A DNA stretch of 64,000 nt from an uncultured Oscillospiraceae bacterium (GTDB taxonomy: Bacteria; Bacillota; Clostridia; UBA1381; UBA9506). The translations under genes and the position numbers were made by a program. Positions 18,932 through 28,011 of the stretch are shown piece by piece; position 1 is the stretch's first letter; every line of letters starts with the position of its first letter. The stretch lies in NCBI GenBank assembly GCA_964447945.1, contig CAYUUO010000001.1, positions 35,687 through 99,686 on the forward strand, read 5' to 3'. The notes beneath the pieces are model-generated. The model searched no databases, was not told the origin of the DNA, and saw only the letters and a program-made list of their open reading frames with translations.

Positions 18932-18966
18932 TTCAATTTCCTCCTGATGCTCTTTATGCTGATTTT

Positions 18967-18995
18967 ATTATACACAAGGGTGGGGATGCGGACAA
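18967..18995 (-). promoter_or_regulatory. Sigma-70-type promoter for the GH105 gene (TTGTCC-17-TATAAT)
   Basis: On the minus strand the -35 hexamer is at 18995-18990 and the -10 hexamer at 18972-18967. It lies about 35 nt upstream of the GTG start. Confidence 0.55.
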
Positions 18996-19043
18996 GAGTC
19001 ATTTTTTTATCCTACAGTCTTTTTATTATTAAAATACTGACCG

Positions 19044-19072
19044 TTGACGTGTCAGAACCATTGTGGTATGAT
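19044..19072 (+). promoter_or_regulatory. Orphan sigma-70-type promoter on the plus strand (TTGACG-17-TGgTATGAT)
   Basis: The -35 hexamer is at 19044-19049, the spacer is 17 nt, and the extended -10 is at 19064-19072. It diverges from the GH105 promoter. There is no plus-strand gene downstream for more than 2.7 kb. Confidence 0.5.
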
Positions 19073-19096
19073 TTGCCGCACTAAATTAATGTCGTG

Positions 19097-19176
19097 CACC
19101 TAAAAATAGCATTTTAATGCTGTTTTTAGGTGTGAAATTGTAAATTTCACACAAATGGTTTCGCAAAACCATTTGT
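19097..19176. other. Three abutting AT-rich perfect or near-perfect hairpins/palindromes
   Basis: Hairpin 1 is 19097-19132 (16-bp arms, one mismatch, loop ttta). Hairpin 2 is 19131-19151 (9-bp arms). Hairpin 3 is 19151-19176 (11-bp arms). The region is markedly more AT-rich than its surroundings. Confidence 0.7.
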
Positions 19177-19270
19177 TCAGTAGACATTCAATTAGGTAGT
19201 ATACATAGATCAAAAAGGGTTATTCTGCGACCTTTTGTGTGGCTTTAGTCCTGCAGCATGCGTCTGCGGC

Positions 19271-19309
19271 AAAAAAACAAGCGGGGCTGCAGCAAAACGG
19301 CAGCCCCGC
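19271..19309 (-). terminator. Rho-independent terminator of the AraC-type regulator gene
   Basis: The 10-bp GC stem gcggggctgc/gcagccccgc (19281-19290 / 19300-19309) is followed on the minus strand by ttgttttttt. Confidence 0.75.
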
Positions 19310-19377
19310 AAAACATATAATCAAGAATAAAATATTCTCCAATAACCGAAGGGGCTGTAGCATTGTCGACAGCCTCT

Positions 19378-21603
19378 TTATTTATTTGCACTCTTAAACT
19401 GCCCCGGCGTTACGCCCTCTAAGCCTTTGAAGGCGGCGATAAAGCCGTTGCTGTTGGTAAAGCCCACATTGGTGGCGATTTCCTTCACACTCAGATTGGT
19501 TTGCAGCAAGAGTTCCTTGGCAACGGCCACCCGGTACTTTTGAATATAGGTCGACAGCGTTTCGCCGGTTTCCTGCTTGAAAACTCTGGAAATATACTGA
19601 GGCGTCTTATTCATTTTATATCCGATTTCCGCCACGGATAGGTTCACGTTCTGATAGCTGTCCTTGATAATCTCCATAATCCGGCCGCTGATTTTAAAGC
19701 TGGCGGCCTTGTCGGAAAAATAGGTACACAGCAGCACGGCAGATTCCTTGATGTTTTCCCTGGAGGCATCCAGCGTTTGCGCGTCGGACAAATTGTCCAT
19801 CAGCTGATTCCGCAGTTCCGGCAGCGTGATGCCCTCTGAGAGGCGGAGGAGAGCCGTCACCAAATCGTAAATCAGCATGGTAGCGGCGTCGGCGGAAATG
19901 CAGCGCGCCAGATTTTTATCAAAAATTGCATCAATATATTGCTTGGCCTGCTCCGGATCACCGCTTGTGATGGCGTTGGTGATTTTGGTTTCATCCGTTG
20001 CAGAATAGCTGTACCGCGGATCAAGGGCGTCGATATCGTCAAAGGACAGAATATCCGTTTTTCCGAACATGAGCTGGTGCCGCAGCACGGTCATACATTC
20101 GTCATGGGCGTGGCTCAGCTCATAAGCACTGCTATGACTTCGGCTCAGGGATACAACGGTTTCAATATAGGCATATTCCGCCAGCTTGTCCCGGGTGTCC
20201 TTTAAAATATGTTTCAGATTTTCGTCTGTTGACTCGTCAGTTTTAATAATAAAGTAAACATCCTTATCCACAGAGCAGTCATAGGCCTCGTAAGCACACA
20301 ACAGCGTGTCCTGGGCCACGTTGCGGATGACAAACAGAACGCTTTCAATCGGCGGCTGATCACCCACGTAGTCGTTATCGGGAAACAGGCCGCTGTAATC
20401 GGATACGGTAAACATCGCCACACGGATATACGGCTTGTCGAACAGAATGTGATTTCGGGTCAGCAGTGACTCAGAACAGGCATTTTGGGGAATGTGGCCT
20501 GTCAGCAACCGCTTGAGCACCATGTTCTGCGTCAGGTTTTCGTTTTTAGTCTCCAGCTGATCCCGCTCCCGTATCAGGCTCTGGATGCTGCTGGTGATAT
20601 AGGCAAAATCGTTTTGCTCCCGCCCCTTCTTTTTATCAAACAGTGAGAGAATTGCCTGCATGGGTGTGTAGTTCTTTCGAGCCAGATAATAGGCCAGCAG
20701 GAAGCACAGCACAATACCGACGATGTTGGTCGTCAAAATGATGTTGCTCAAAGCGTTCATTTGGCTCCAATAGTTGCTGTAGGGGACAAAAAATACATAT
20801 TTCCAGCTGGTATAGCGCGAATCGGCAATCAGGACAATATACCGCTCGCCGGTTTTGCGGTCGGTGTAGGCGGCGGGATCGCCGGTAAGCGAAAAGCCCT
20901 CCACGGGGAAACCTTGATTTTTAAACAAAATATCCTCATTGCTTTGATAAATTGTCAGATTGTTTTTGGTGATATAATCGTGCTTTTCGGCCCAGGAGGC
21001 AGACAGCCGGGACATCAGCACCACGGTGTAGGCTTCACCGGCAGCCGTCCGAGCGCTCCGAACGCAAAATATAAAGGGCTGATAGATGGAATCGCGATAC
21101 ATCGCATAGTCTGCGTAAAAGGAAAAGGCGTCCTGCCGGGAAATCATATATTTCCATTCTTCGGCAGACAGATTGCCCTGGGCATGGTAGGTGTTATAGG
21201 CCAGCTCCGGTGACATGAGACTGTCAGCCGAGAGCAGGCGGCTTCGTTCCGGAAAATAAATATAAAACCGATCCACAATACCGGAAATGGCAGCCAGCCG
21301 GTTAATCTCCTGCACCTGCGGCCGGAAGTGATACAAGTGGATATCCTCCGGCGCAGCGTCCGGCATGCTGTCAAACAAAGACGCAGATACGATGGTCTGG
21401 GCGCATTGATTCAGAATGTTCAGATTCGCGTCGATGGCCCGGGCAGTCTGAACGGCGGAATCGCTCTGCATATCTGTCAGCATTTTTTTAAAGGTATTTT
21501 TATAGACAATAAAGGAAAGATTGCAAAGAAAAATGGCGACAAGGGAGATGAGGCAATAGGACAAAAGCCATTTGTATTTAACGGTCAGGGTGTTTTTGAT
21601 CAT
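19378..21603 (-). CDS. Transmembrane AraC-family one-component regulator (two TM helices flanking a ~260-aa extracytoplasmic domain, with a C-terminal AraC HTH)
   Basis: The RBS aaagga precedes the ATG. TM1 is LLSYCLISLVAIFLCNLSFIV and TM2 is IILTTNIVGIVLCFLLAYYLA. The C-terminus has YISRVFKQETGETLSTYIQKYRVAVAKELL...GFIAAFKGLEGVTPGQF. I see no receiver or kinase motifs. Confidence 0.8.
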   Translation of the reverse strand: MIKNTLTVKYKWLLSYCLISLVAIFLCNLSFIVYKNTFKKMLTDMQSDSAVQTARAIDANLNILNQCAQTIVSASLFDSMPDAAPEDIHLYHFRPQVQEINRLAAISGIVDRFYIYFPERSRLLSADSLMSPELAYNTYHAQGNLSAEEWKYMISRQDAFSFYADYAMYRDSIYQPFIFCVRSARTAAGEAYTVVLMSRLSASWAEKHDYITKNNLTIYQSNEDILFKNQGFPVEGFSLTGDPAAYTDRKTGERYIVLIADSRYTSWKYVFFVPYSNYWSQMNALSNIILTTNIVGIVLCFLLAYYLARKNYTPMQAILSLFDKKKGREQNDFAYITSSIQSLIRERDQLETKNENLTQNMVLKRLLTGHIPQNACSESLLTRNHILFDKPYIRVAMFTVSDYSGLFPDNDYVGDQPPIESVLFVIRNVAQDTLLCAYEAYDCSVDKDVYFIIKTDESTDENLKHILKDTRDKLAEYAYIETVVSLSRSHSSAYELSHAHDECMTVLRHQLMFGKTDILSFDDIDALDPRYSYSATDETKITNAITSGDPEQAKQYIDAIFDKNLARCISADAATMLIYDLVTALLRLSEGITLPELRNQLMDNLSDAQTLDASRENIKESAVLLCTYFSDKAASFKISGRIMEIIKDSYQNVNLSVAEIGYKMNKTPQYISRVFKQETGETLSTYIQKYRVAVAKELLLQTNLSVKEIATNVGFTNSNGFIAAFKGLEGVTPGQFKSANK

Positions 21604-21663
21604 ATGTAATCCTTTCTGCGTGCGGCCTTCCGCTGTGCCGTGCGCCCGTATGTGTACCTTTTT

Positions 21664-21692
21664 ATCATACGCTTATTTTTGCTTCCTGTCAA
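21664..21692 (-). promoter_or_regulatory. Sigma-70-type promoter for the regulator gene (TTGACA-17-TATGAT)
   Basis: On the minus strand the -35 hexamer is at 21692-21687 and the -10 hexamer at 21669-21664. A second TTGACAGGAA copy lies 17 bp further upstream (plus-strand 21700-21709). Confidence 0.6.
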
Positions 21693-21857
21693 CAGGATTT
21701 TCCTGTCAAGCGCCTGTGCTATACTTCACTAAGGCGCATTGTGCTGTCATTGGGCGTTTTCAGCGGTGGCATCTTAATTTAGTTATATTGTACCAATAAA
21801 AGGCCATATTTTCAATGTGTTGTTTTCAAATCCGATATAAATGCCAAATATTCGATA

Positions 21858-21886
21858 TTGAATTTTTTGCCGTTGTTTCTTACAAT
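21858..21886 (+). promoter_or_regulatory. Sigma-70-type promoter for the ABC transporter / surface-protein operon (TTGAAT-17-TACAAT)
   Basis: The -35 hexamer is at 21858-21863 and the -10 hexamer at 21881-21886. The hexamers are the same as in the promoter at 12506. Confidence 0.55.
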
Positions 21887-21964
21887 AATATTATAGATGG
21901 TACGACTTATCGTCTGTCAGATGAAAAACAGACAACCAATTTTTCACAGAAAGGAAAGTGTATT

Positions 21965-23539
21965 ATGAACAGAGTATGGAGACATATCGCCCTGGCTGCT
22001 GCATTGACGCTGTGTCTGTCCGGCTGCGGCGGCAAAACGTCAAACAAGGCTACAGGCGGAGAGCTGACAGCACCACAGTTGGGCGATACCTACCCGGTCA
22101 AGACGGAGGAAACTCTGACCATGTGGGCCGATGCACCGGTACACGCGTCCTACGCCAGCTATAAAGACCAGCCCTTTTATCAGGATCTGATGAAAAACAC
22201 CGGCATCAATGTGGACTTCCGGTTCCCGCCCCAGGGACAGGGTCAGGAGGCCTTTAACCTGCTGATTGCCTCCGGCAACCTGCCAGACGTGATTTTGTAT
22301 CACTGGATTCATGCTTCCGGCGGGCCGCAGAAGTTTTTAGACGAAAAATATATCATCCCGCTGAATGATGTGTTTAAAGCCTACAGTCCCAATATTACAA
22401 AGTATCTGGCCGAACATCCCGACGCCGACCGCATGATTAAAACAGACAACGGACAGTATTACTGCTATCCCTTCCTGCGCGGCGATGACTGGCTAACCGT
22501 TTACTCAGGCCCCGTTGTGCGGCAGGATCTTCTGGAAAAATTCAATATTCAGGAGCCTGTTACCTTAGACGGCTGGCACGCCATGCTGACAACCTTTAAG
22601 GATAACGGCGTGAAAATTCCGCTGACGCTTGCCAACAGCAGTTATACGCTGGCTAGCGGTGTGAACGGCTATTTTAACTTTTACATAGACGGCAGTAACG
22701 TGAAATACGGCCCGATTGAGGAGAGCTGGAAGGATTATATCAACGTTATGAATCGGTGGTATAACGAGGGACTGATTGATAAAGACTACGGCAGTCTGGA
22801 CAGCACCGTACTGAACCAGAAAATGGCCTCCGGTGACGTGGGCGCTACCTTGGGAAGCGGCAGTCAAATCGGCACATGGATGTCCTCCGGTACTAAAAAT
22901 GATCCGGCTTACAATTTAAAGGGTATTAAGTATCCGGTTCCCCAGGCGGGAATGCAGCCGGAATTTGGTCAGAAGGATAATATTTATCCCGGCTACGGCT
23001 GTGCCGCCATCACTACCAGCTGCAAAAATCTTGAACTGGCGGCCAAATTCCTGGATTATTTCTATACGGAGGAAGGGCAGCTGTTTTCCAACTTCGGTAC
23101 AGAAGGCGTCAGCTATGAAATGAAGGACGGCCAGCCCGTCTTTACCCAGGCGGTCTTTGATGATAACGGCACGGCGGCCAACATCGGCAAATACGCCTGG
23201 AGCTATTCCACAACCCTGTCCATTCAGGACAGAAGAATGTATGAGCAGCGTCTGTCCTGGGATCAGCAGAAAAAGGCCATTGATGTTTGGAATCAGACTA
23301 ACATGGCAAGCCATCTCATCCCGCCGGTGCTGCCGAACAGCGAGGAGGTTTCCGTTATGGCGGACATTACCTCGCAGCTGAGTACTTACATGGAGGAGTT
23401 TTTCTACTCATCCGTCTGCGCCAAGGAGCCGCTGAGCGACGAGGCCTTCCAGGCTTATGTGGAGAAGGTTAAGGCCCTGGGCGTCGATCAAGTTATTTCG
23501 ATTTATGAAACGGCCATAGGACGGTATAATCAACGGTAA
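21965..23539 (+). CDS. ABC transporter extracellular solute-binding lipoprotein (LplA/YtcQ-like, family 1)
   Basis: The RBS aaaggaaag precedes the ATG at 21965, and the lipoprotein signal has the lipobox LCLSGC. The ~525-aa size and the position upstream of two sugar permeases are typical of LplA-type oligosaccharide binders. Confidence 0.85.
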   Translation: MNRVWRHIALAAALTLCLSGCGGKTSNKATGGELTAPQLGDTYPVKTEETLTMWADAPVHASYASYKDQPFYQDLMKNTGINVDFRFPPQGQGQEAFNLLIASGNLPDVILYHWIHASGGPQKFLDEKYIIPLNDVFKAYSPNITKYLAEHPDADRMIKTDNGQYYCYPFLRGDDWLTVYSGPVVRQDLLEKFNIQEPVTLDGWHAMLTTFKDNGVKIPLTLANSSYTLASGVNGYFNFYIDGSNVKYGPIEESWKDYINVMNRWYNEGLIDKDYGSLDSTVLNQKMASGDVGATLGSGSQIGTWMSSGTKNDPAYNLKGIKYPVPQAGMQPEFGQKDNIYPGYGCAAITTSCKNLELAAKFLDYFYTEEGQLFSNFGTEGVSYEMKDGQPVFTQAVFDDNGTAANIGKYAWSYSTTLSIQDRRMYEQRLSWDQQKKAIDVWNQTNMASHLIPPVLPNSEEVSVMADITSQLSTYMEEFFYSSVCAKEPLSDEAFQAYVEKVKALGVDQVISIYETAIGRYNQR

Positions 23540-23553
23540 ATAACCTGTAAGGC

Positions 23554-23593
23554 TGCCTGTCGGCGGGAGCCATTCCCGCCCGCCTGCAGGCAG
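23554..23593 (+). other. Compound GC-rich stem-loop between the binding-protein and permease genes
   Basis: The outer stem is 23554-23560 / 23587-23593 and the inner stem is 23562-23568 / 23574-23580. There is no U-tract. It may act as an mRNA-stability or attenuation element. Confidence 0.45.
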
Positions 23594-23639
23594 GCAATTG
23601 TCAGACTTTCGGAAATCAGGCGAAGAAAGGATTCTTTTT

Positions 23640-24587
23640 ATGAAACTTGCGGCAACGGCGCCCGGTACACATAAGGAAAGCTACCTTCGTGCACTGGGTA
23701 AAAACATTGTTAAACATAAATATGCATATCTGATGATGCTGCCTGTTATGGCTTTTTACATCATCTTTCATTACGCTCCCATGTACGGCGCGATAATCGC
23801 CTTTAAGGATTATTCGCCGACTATGGGTATTCTGGGCAGCCCTTGGGTGGGGTTTAAGCACTTCATCAGCTTTTTCACGGGGATGTATTTTACGCGTCTG
23901 CTGCGCAACACGCTGCTGATCAGCTTTTATGGTCTGCTGTTCGGGTTCACAGCACCGATTTTGTTTGCTCTGCTCTTAAACGAGCTCCGCAGCAATCGGT
24001 ATAAGCGGGTATTGCAAACAGTTTCCTACTTTCCCCACTTTATATCCATGGTTGTTATCTGCGGCTTGATTAAAACCTTTACCCTGTCAGACGGCATTAT
24101 TAATGACCTGATTGTTCTGCTGGGCGGCGAGCGCAGCTCTCTTCTGCAAAAGCCGGAGCTGTTCCGTCCCATATTCATTATCAGCGGCATCTGGCAGAAT
24201 TTAGGCTGGGACTCGGTGATTTATCTGGCGGCGCTGGCCGGCATCGACACCCAGCTATATGAGGCCTGTGAGGTGGACGGCGGCCGAAAATTCGCCAAAA
24301 TGTGGCATATCACGCTGCCGGGTATTATGCCGACAATTGTGATTATGTTCATTATGCGAATCGGCCAGCTTTTAAATGTAGGCTATGAAAAAATTATCCT
24401 GCTGTATAATCCGTTTACCTATGAAACCGCGGATGTTATCACAAGTTTTGTATATCGAAAGGGCCTTTTGGAGCTGAACTGGAGCTACTCCACAGCCGTG
24501 GGGCTGTTTAACTCGGTGGTTAACTTTATTTTTCTGATTGCAGTGAACGGCATCAGCCGGAAACTAAACGATGTAAGTCTTTGGTAG
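23640..24587 (+). CDS. ABC sugar transporter permease (LplB/YteP-like)
   Basis: The RBS aaagga precedes the ATG at 23640. The protein has multiple TM segments and an EAA loop (EACEVDGGRKFAKMWHITLPGIMP). Confidence 0.85.
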   Translation: MKLAATAPGTHKESYLRALGKNIVKHKYAYLMMLPVMAFYIIFHYAPMYGAIIAFKDYSPTMGILGSPWVGFKHFISFFTGMYFTRLLRNTLLISFYGLLFGFTAPILFALLLNELRSNRYKRVLQTVSYFPHFISMVVICGLIKTFTLSDGIINDLIVLLGGERSSLLQKPELFRPIFIISGIWQNLGWDSVIYLAALAGIDTQLYEACEVDGGRKFAKMWHITLPGIMPTIVIMFIMRIGQLLNVGYEKIILLYNPFTYETADVITSFVYRKGLLELNWSYSTAVGLFNSVVNFIFLIAVNGISRKLNDVSLW

Positions 24588-24600
24588 GGGAGGGAAACGA

Positions 24601-25473
24601 ATGAAAGACAACAGAACTTTTGGCGAGAAACTTTTTGACTGGGGCAACGTACTGCTCATGACAATCATTCTGATCCTGACCTTTTATCCCCTGTATCATG
24701 TGGTCATGGCCTCCTTCAGCGACCCGGATCTGGTGGTGGGACATTCCGGCCTGCTGCTCTATCCGCTGTCACCCAATATTAAGGCCTATAAGGCAGTGTT
24801 TACCTACCGGATGATTACCCGCAGCTTTCAGAACACCCTGTTTATTATTGTGGTGGCGCTGTCGCTCAACATGCTTCTGACCTGCTTCGGTGCCTATTTT
24901 TTGTCCAGAAAGGATATTATGCTCCGCGGGCCGCTGATGAAGCTGATTGTTGTGACGATGTACCTTTCCGGCGGTATGATTCCTTTTTATCTGACTGTTA
25001 CCGGGTTGGGACTGGACAACACGCTGTTTTCGGTGATTCTGCCCTTTGCAGTCAACACCTTTAACCTGATTATTATGCGGACCAATTTTGCGGAGATTCC
25101 CGACAGCCTGCTGGAGGCGGCGGAGTTGGAGGGAGCCAACGACTTTACCATTCTGTTTAAAATCGTCATTCCCGTTTCCAAGGCCACTATGGCCGTTGTG
25201 GCGCTCTACTATTTGGTGCAGCACTGGAATGCTTGGTTCTACGCTTCTATCTTCATCGACAAGCGCGAACTGATGCCCTTCCAGGTGATTCTGCGGGAAA
25301 TTCTGATTCAGAATTCCACCGACACCATGAAAAGCGCCGGGGATACGGAAAACATGTATGAGGTGATTAAATACGCGGTCATTGTCGTGGGAACCATTCC
25401 GATTTTAATTGTTTATCCCTTCCTTCAGAAATATTTTGTCAAGGGTGTTATGATTGGTTCGGTGAAGGGATAA
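24601..25473 (+). CDS. ABC sugar transporter permease (LplC/YtcP-like)
   Basis: The RBS ggggaggg precedes the ATG. The EAA loop is EAAELEGANDFTILFKIVIPVS. Confidence 0.85.
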   Translation: MKDNRTFGEKLFDWGNVLLMTIILILTFYPLYHVVMASFSDPDLVVGHSGLLLYPLSPNIKAYKAVFTYRMITRSFQNTLFIIVVALSLNMLLTCFGAYFLSRKDIMLRGPLMKLIVVTMYLSGGMIPFYLTVTGLGLDNTLFSVILPFAVNTFNLIIMRTNFAEIPDSLLEAAELEGANDFTILFKIVIPVSKATMAVVALYYLVQHWNAWFYASIFIDKRELMPFQVILREILIQNSTDTMKSAGDTENMYEVIKYAVIVVGTIPILIVYPFLQKYFVKGVMIGSVKG

Positions 25474-25575
25474 GACGCGTCAAAATGAGTATTACAGTGC
25501 TTTCCTGTGGCACGGCGCCGCAGACAAAATTCCCCGCGGCACAAGGGCTGCGGATAACGTTAAAAAAGGAGCGAT

Positions 25576-27879
25576 ATGATGATGAAAAAACTTTTTTCGG
25601 TTATGCTCAGCGTTTTTCTGGTAACGGCTATGGCGGTGGCGCCCATAACGGCCGGAGCGGCTTATGTTTCAGGCGATGCCATATTTGACATGTTTAAAAC
25701 GGATTTTGCTTCGTTTGTGCAATCGGCAACCGCCACCTATCAAAAAAGCGAGACCGCAACCGCAACGGGCAATCACGGCGGCTTAATCGGCGACGGGACT
25801 ACATGGGTTTTTGCGGAGGGGAACAATATTAACCCGGTGGAAAAAATAGATTCCTTTAACGGCCGCCAAAACGTCCTGCATTTAGGGCCGAATTTGTATG
25901 GTGGCTCATACCAGAAGGGCGATTTGAATTTTGTCAGAGAGGGGTTAAAATCTTCTCTGGCTGTCGGCAATATGGCACGCTGGGCAACGGGACTCTATAT
26001 TCCGTCGCCGGAGGGAGGCGCAGCCTTATCAAAGGGTATTCACAGCATTGGCCTTTTCCTGGCGGTTATGACCGTTGAAACGTTACAAGACAACTATCCG
26101 GCGGCAACCTGGAGCAGCATGTATGAAGGGCTGAACGCTTCGGATCTGATTCTTTGCGTCTATCATGGAAATGCAAGCACCGGTTTCTGCAAGCCTGTCT
26201 GCAAGTTTACGATGGACGAATGGCACGACATAGAGCTTTCCTTTGCCCTCACGGCCACTAATGCGATAACCCCCCTATCATTTCGGTATGACGGTGAGCT
26301 GATTTCTAACTTTATGACAGGCGCAAGCATCCAAACAAAGGTTGGCGGCGGCTATTGGACCGATACGAACTTTGGATATGCGGCCTATGGCACTTCAGGG
26401 AATGTTATTGCCATAGCTGCCGGTTCAACAACGCCGAATTATTACTTTTCCAATATGCTGTTTGAAAAAATTGTGGAACAGCCCCTTACGCTGGATTCCA
26501 TTACCTTAAACGGCACGGAGCCGGCCGACTATGACAGCACGGCCAATGCCCTGCCCTCTGCCAGCGGCGTCATTGCGGCTCATTTCTCCGAAGCGCCGAA
26601 CACCGTAGAGGTCACCATGACGGAAACAGTCGGCGACACAACCTACACGGGAAGAGTTGCGCCGGAGGGAACGCTTTCGGGAACGGATTACACGATTAAT
26701 CTTCAGGATGCGCCCCTGCATCCGGGCTCGGTTTACACCCTAACCTTCACAAGCGGCACGGCAACAGAATCGGTGACCTTTACGGCGGCCTATGACGGCT
26801 ATTACATTAATGAAAATTTTGAAAGCTACGCAAATGTCAACGTTGCCGGCACGACTGCAGTTGATAAATATCCCTATGTGAACGGTTCCGGCCATAACGG
26901 CATGACTAACCAAATTTTCAATGTGGCCGGTGACCGAAACTATCTGCAAATGAAGCTTTTAAACGGCAGCGCGTATTATGGAACGAGCCAGCAGCGCGCG
27001 GTTAGCATTCAGGGCACCTCGCTCCCGGCTGTTCCGGAGGGCTATGCCGATATCCGTTGCGCGGAGGTGACCTTTACCTTTGAGCCCATGAGCGCCAATA
27101 CCCGCGTTAACCTTTGGATGCAGGCGTTTTATGTGCAAAAGGCTTCAGCGGAAGACACAAACTACACGCTGTACGCGATGATGGGCGATGATGTAGGCCA
27201 TCCGATTTGTACACTTTCCGCAGGCACGGAATATACGGCCCGGTTCGTTTTTTCCGGCAGCGGCAGTGCCCGGTATGTACACAGCATCGAGCTCCGGCCT
27301 GCAGGCGGCGCGACAACGGCCTATAAGCAAACTCAGGACGGCATAAGCTTTTCCGTTTCCGGCGGCGCGGCTCAGACCGCCGGCGGCCGGATGACAACGG
27401 ATAACGGCTATTTGCTGGAGTTAGATAACACGGTGAGCCTGTCACCGCAGCTGATGGGTATTTATGCAACCTCCGTAGGCCCCACGGGTAAATATGTAAA
27501 CGCAAGCGCCTCCTGTCCGACAACAAGTGAACAGGCAACCAGCCTGACCGTTTACAGCATGAAATATTATCCCTACAGTGCCGGCACTGCCGGTACCTTT
27601 GCGGCCGCAGCACAGCCGGGCGCAGAGCCGGGCACGCTGGCGGTTACGGTTACCGCCCGGGACAGCCTGGGACAGGGTGAAACCGTTTTGGTTGCGGCCT
27701 ATAACGGTGACAGGCTTGTGGACGTGCAAAGCCTGACTTTATTAAAGCTGTATGATATTAATGAAACGGTTACCCTGCAGGCCGACAGCAGCTGCACCGT
27801 TACGGTGTTCCGCTGGAATGGGCTTTCCTCCCTGCAGCCTGTTGCGTCGGCGGTTCCTGTGATTATAACAGGGGCGTGA
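25576..27879 (+). CDS. Secreted protein with ConA/LamG-like and Ig-like modules; function unknown
   Basis: The RBS aaaggag precedes the ATG, and the signal peptide is MMMKKLFSVMLSVFLVTAMAVAPITAGAA. I recognise no anchor motif. Confidence 0.7.
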   Translation: MMMKKLFSVMLSVFLVTAMAVAPITAGAAYVSGDAIFDMFKTDFASFVQSATATYQKSETATATGNHGGLIGDGTTWVFAEGNNINPVEKIDSFNGRQNVLHLGPNLYGGSYQKGDLNFVREGLKSSLAVGNMARWATGLYIPSPEGGAALSKGIHSIGLFLAVMTVETLQDNYPAATWSSMYEGLNASDLILCVYHGNASTGFCKPVCKFTMDEWHDIELSFALTATNAITPLSFRYDGELISNFMTGASIQTKVGGGYWTDTNFGYAAYGTSGNVIAIAAGSTTPNYYFSNMLFEKIVEQPLTLDSITLNGTEPADYDSTANALPSASGVIAAHFSEAPNTVEVTMTETVGDTTYTGRVAPEGTLSGTDYTINLQDAPLHPGSVYTLTFTSGTATESVTFTAAYDGYYINENFESYANVNVAGTTAVDKYPYVNGSGHNGMTNQIFNVAGDRNYLQMKLLNGSAYYGTSQQRAVSIQGTSLPAVPEGYADIRCAEVTFTFEPMSANTRVNLWMQAFYVQKASAEDTNYTLYAMMGDDVGHPICTLSAGTEYTARFVFSGSGSARYVHSIELRPAGGATTAYKQTQDGISFSVSGGAAQTAGGRMTTDNGYLLELDNTVSLSPQLMGIYATSVGPTGKYVNASASCPTTSEQATSLTVYSMKYYPYSAGTAGTFAAAAQPGAEPGTLAVTVTARDSLGQGETVLVAAYNGDRLVDVQSLTLLKLYDINETVTLQADSSCTVTVFRWNGLSSLQPVASAVPVIITGA

Positions 27880-27887
27880 CGATCTAT

Positions 27888-27917
27888 CCGGAAGGCGCCG
27901 TTTGCGGCGCCTTCCGG
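27888..27917 (+). other. Perfect 12-bp GC-rich stem-loop between operon genes, without a U-tract
   Basis: ccggaaggcgcc (27888-27899) pairs with ggcgccttccgg (27906-27917), followed by aaaattt. Confidence 0.5.
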
Positions 27918-28011
27918 AAAATTTATAAAAGAGGACGCCGCCCGCTCCGGCGGCTTTGACGGCGCCTTGTTTCACACAAGTTTTGTCATGCCCCGGCAAA
28001 AGGAGAATGAT

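Noticed and set aside
18821-19084. An 87-aa plus-strand ORF spanning the GH105 start and its promoter region.
   Set aside because: It overlaps the GH105 start codon and promoter on the opposite strand. It has no RBS and its composition is hydrophobic and low in complexity. The region is better explained as a divergent promoter region.
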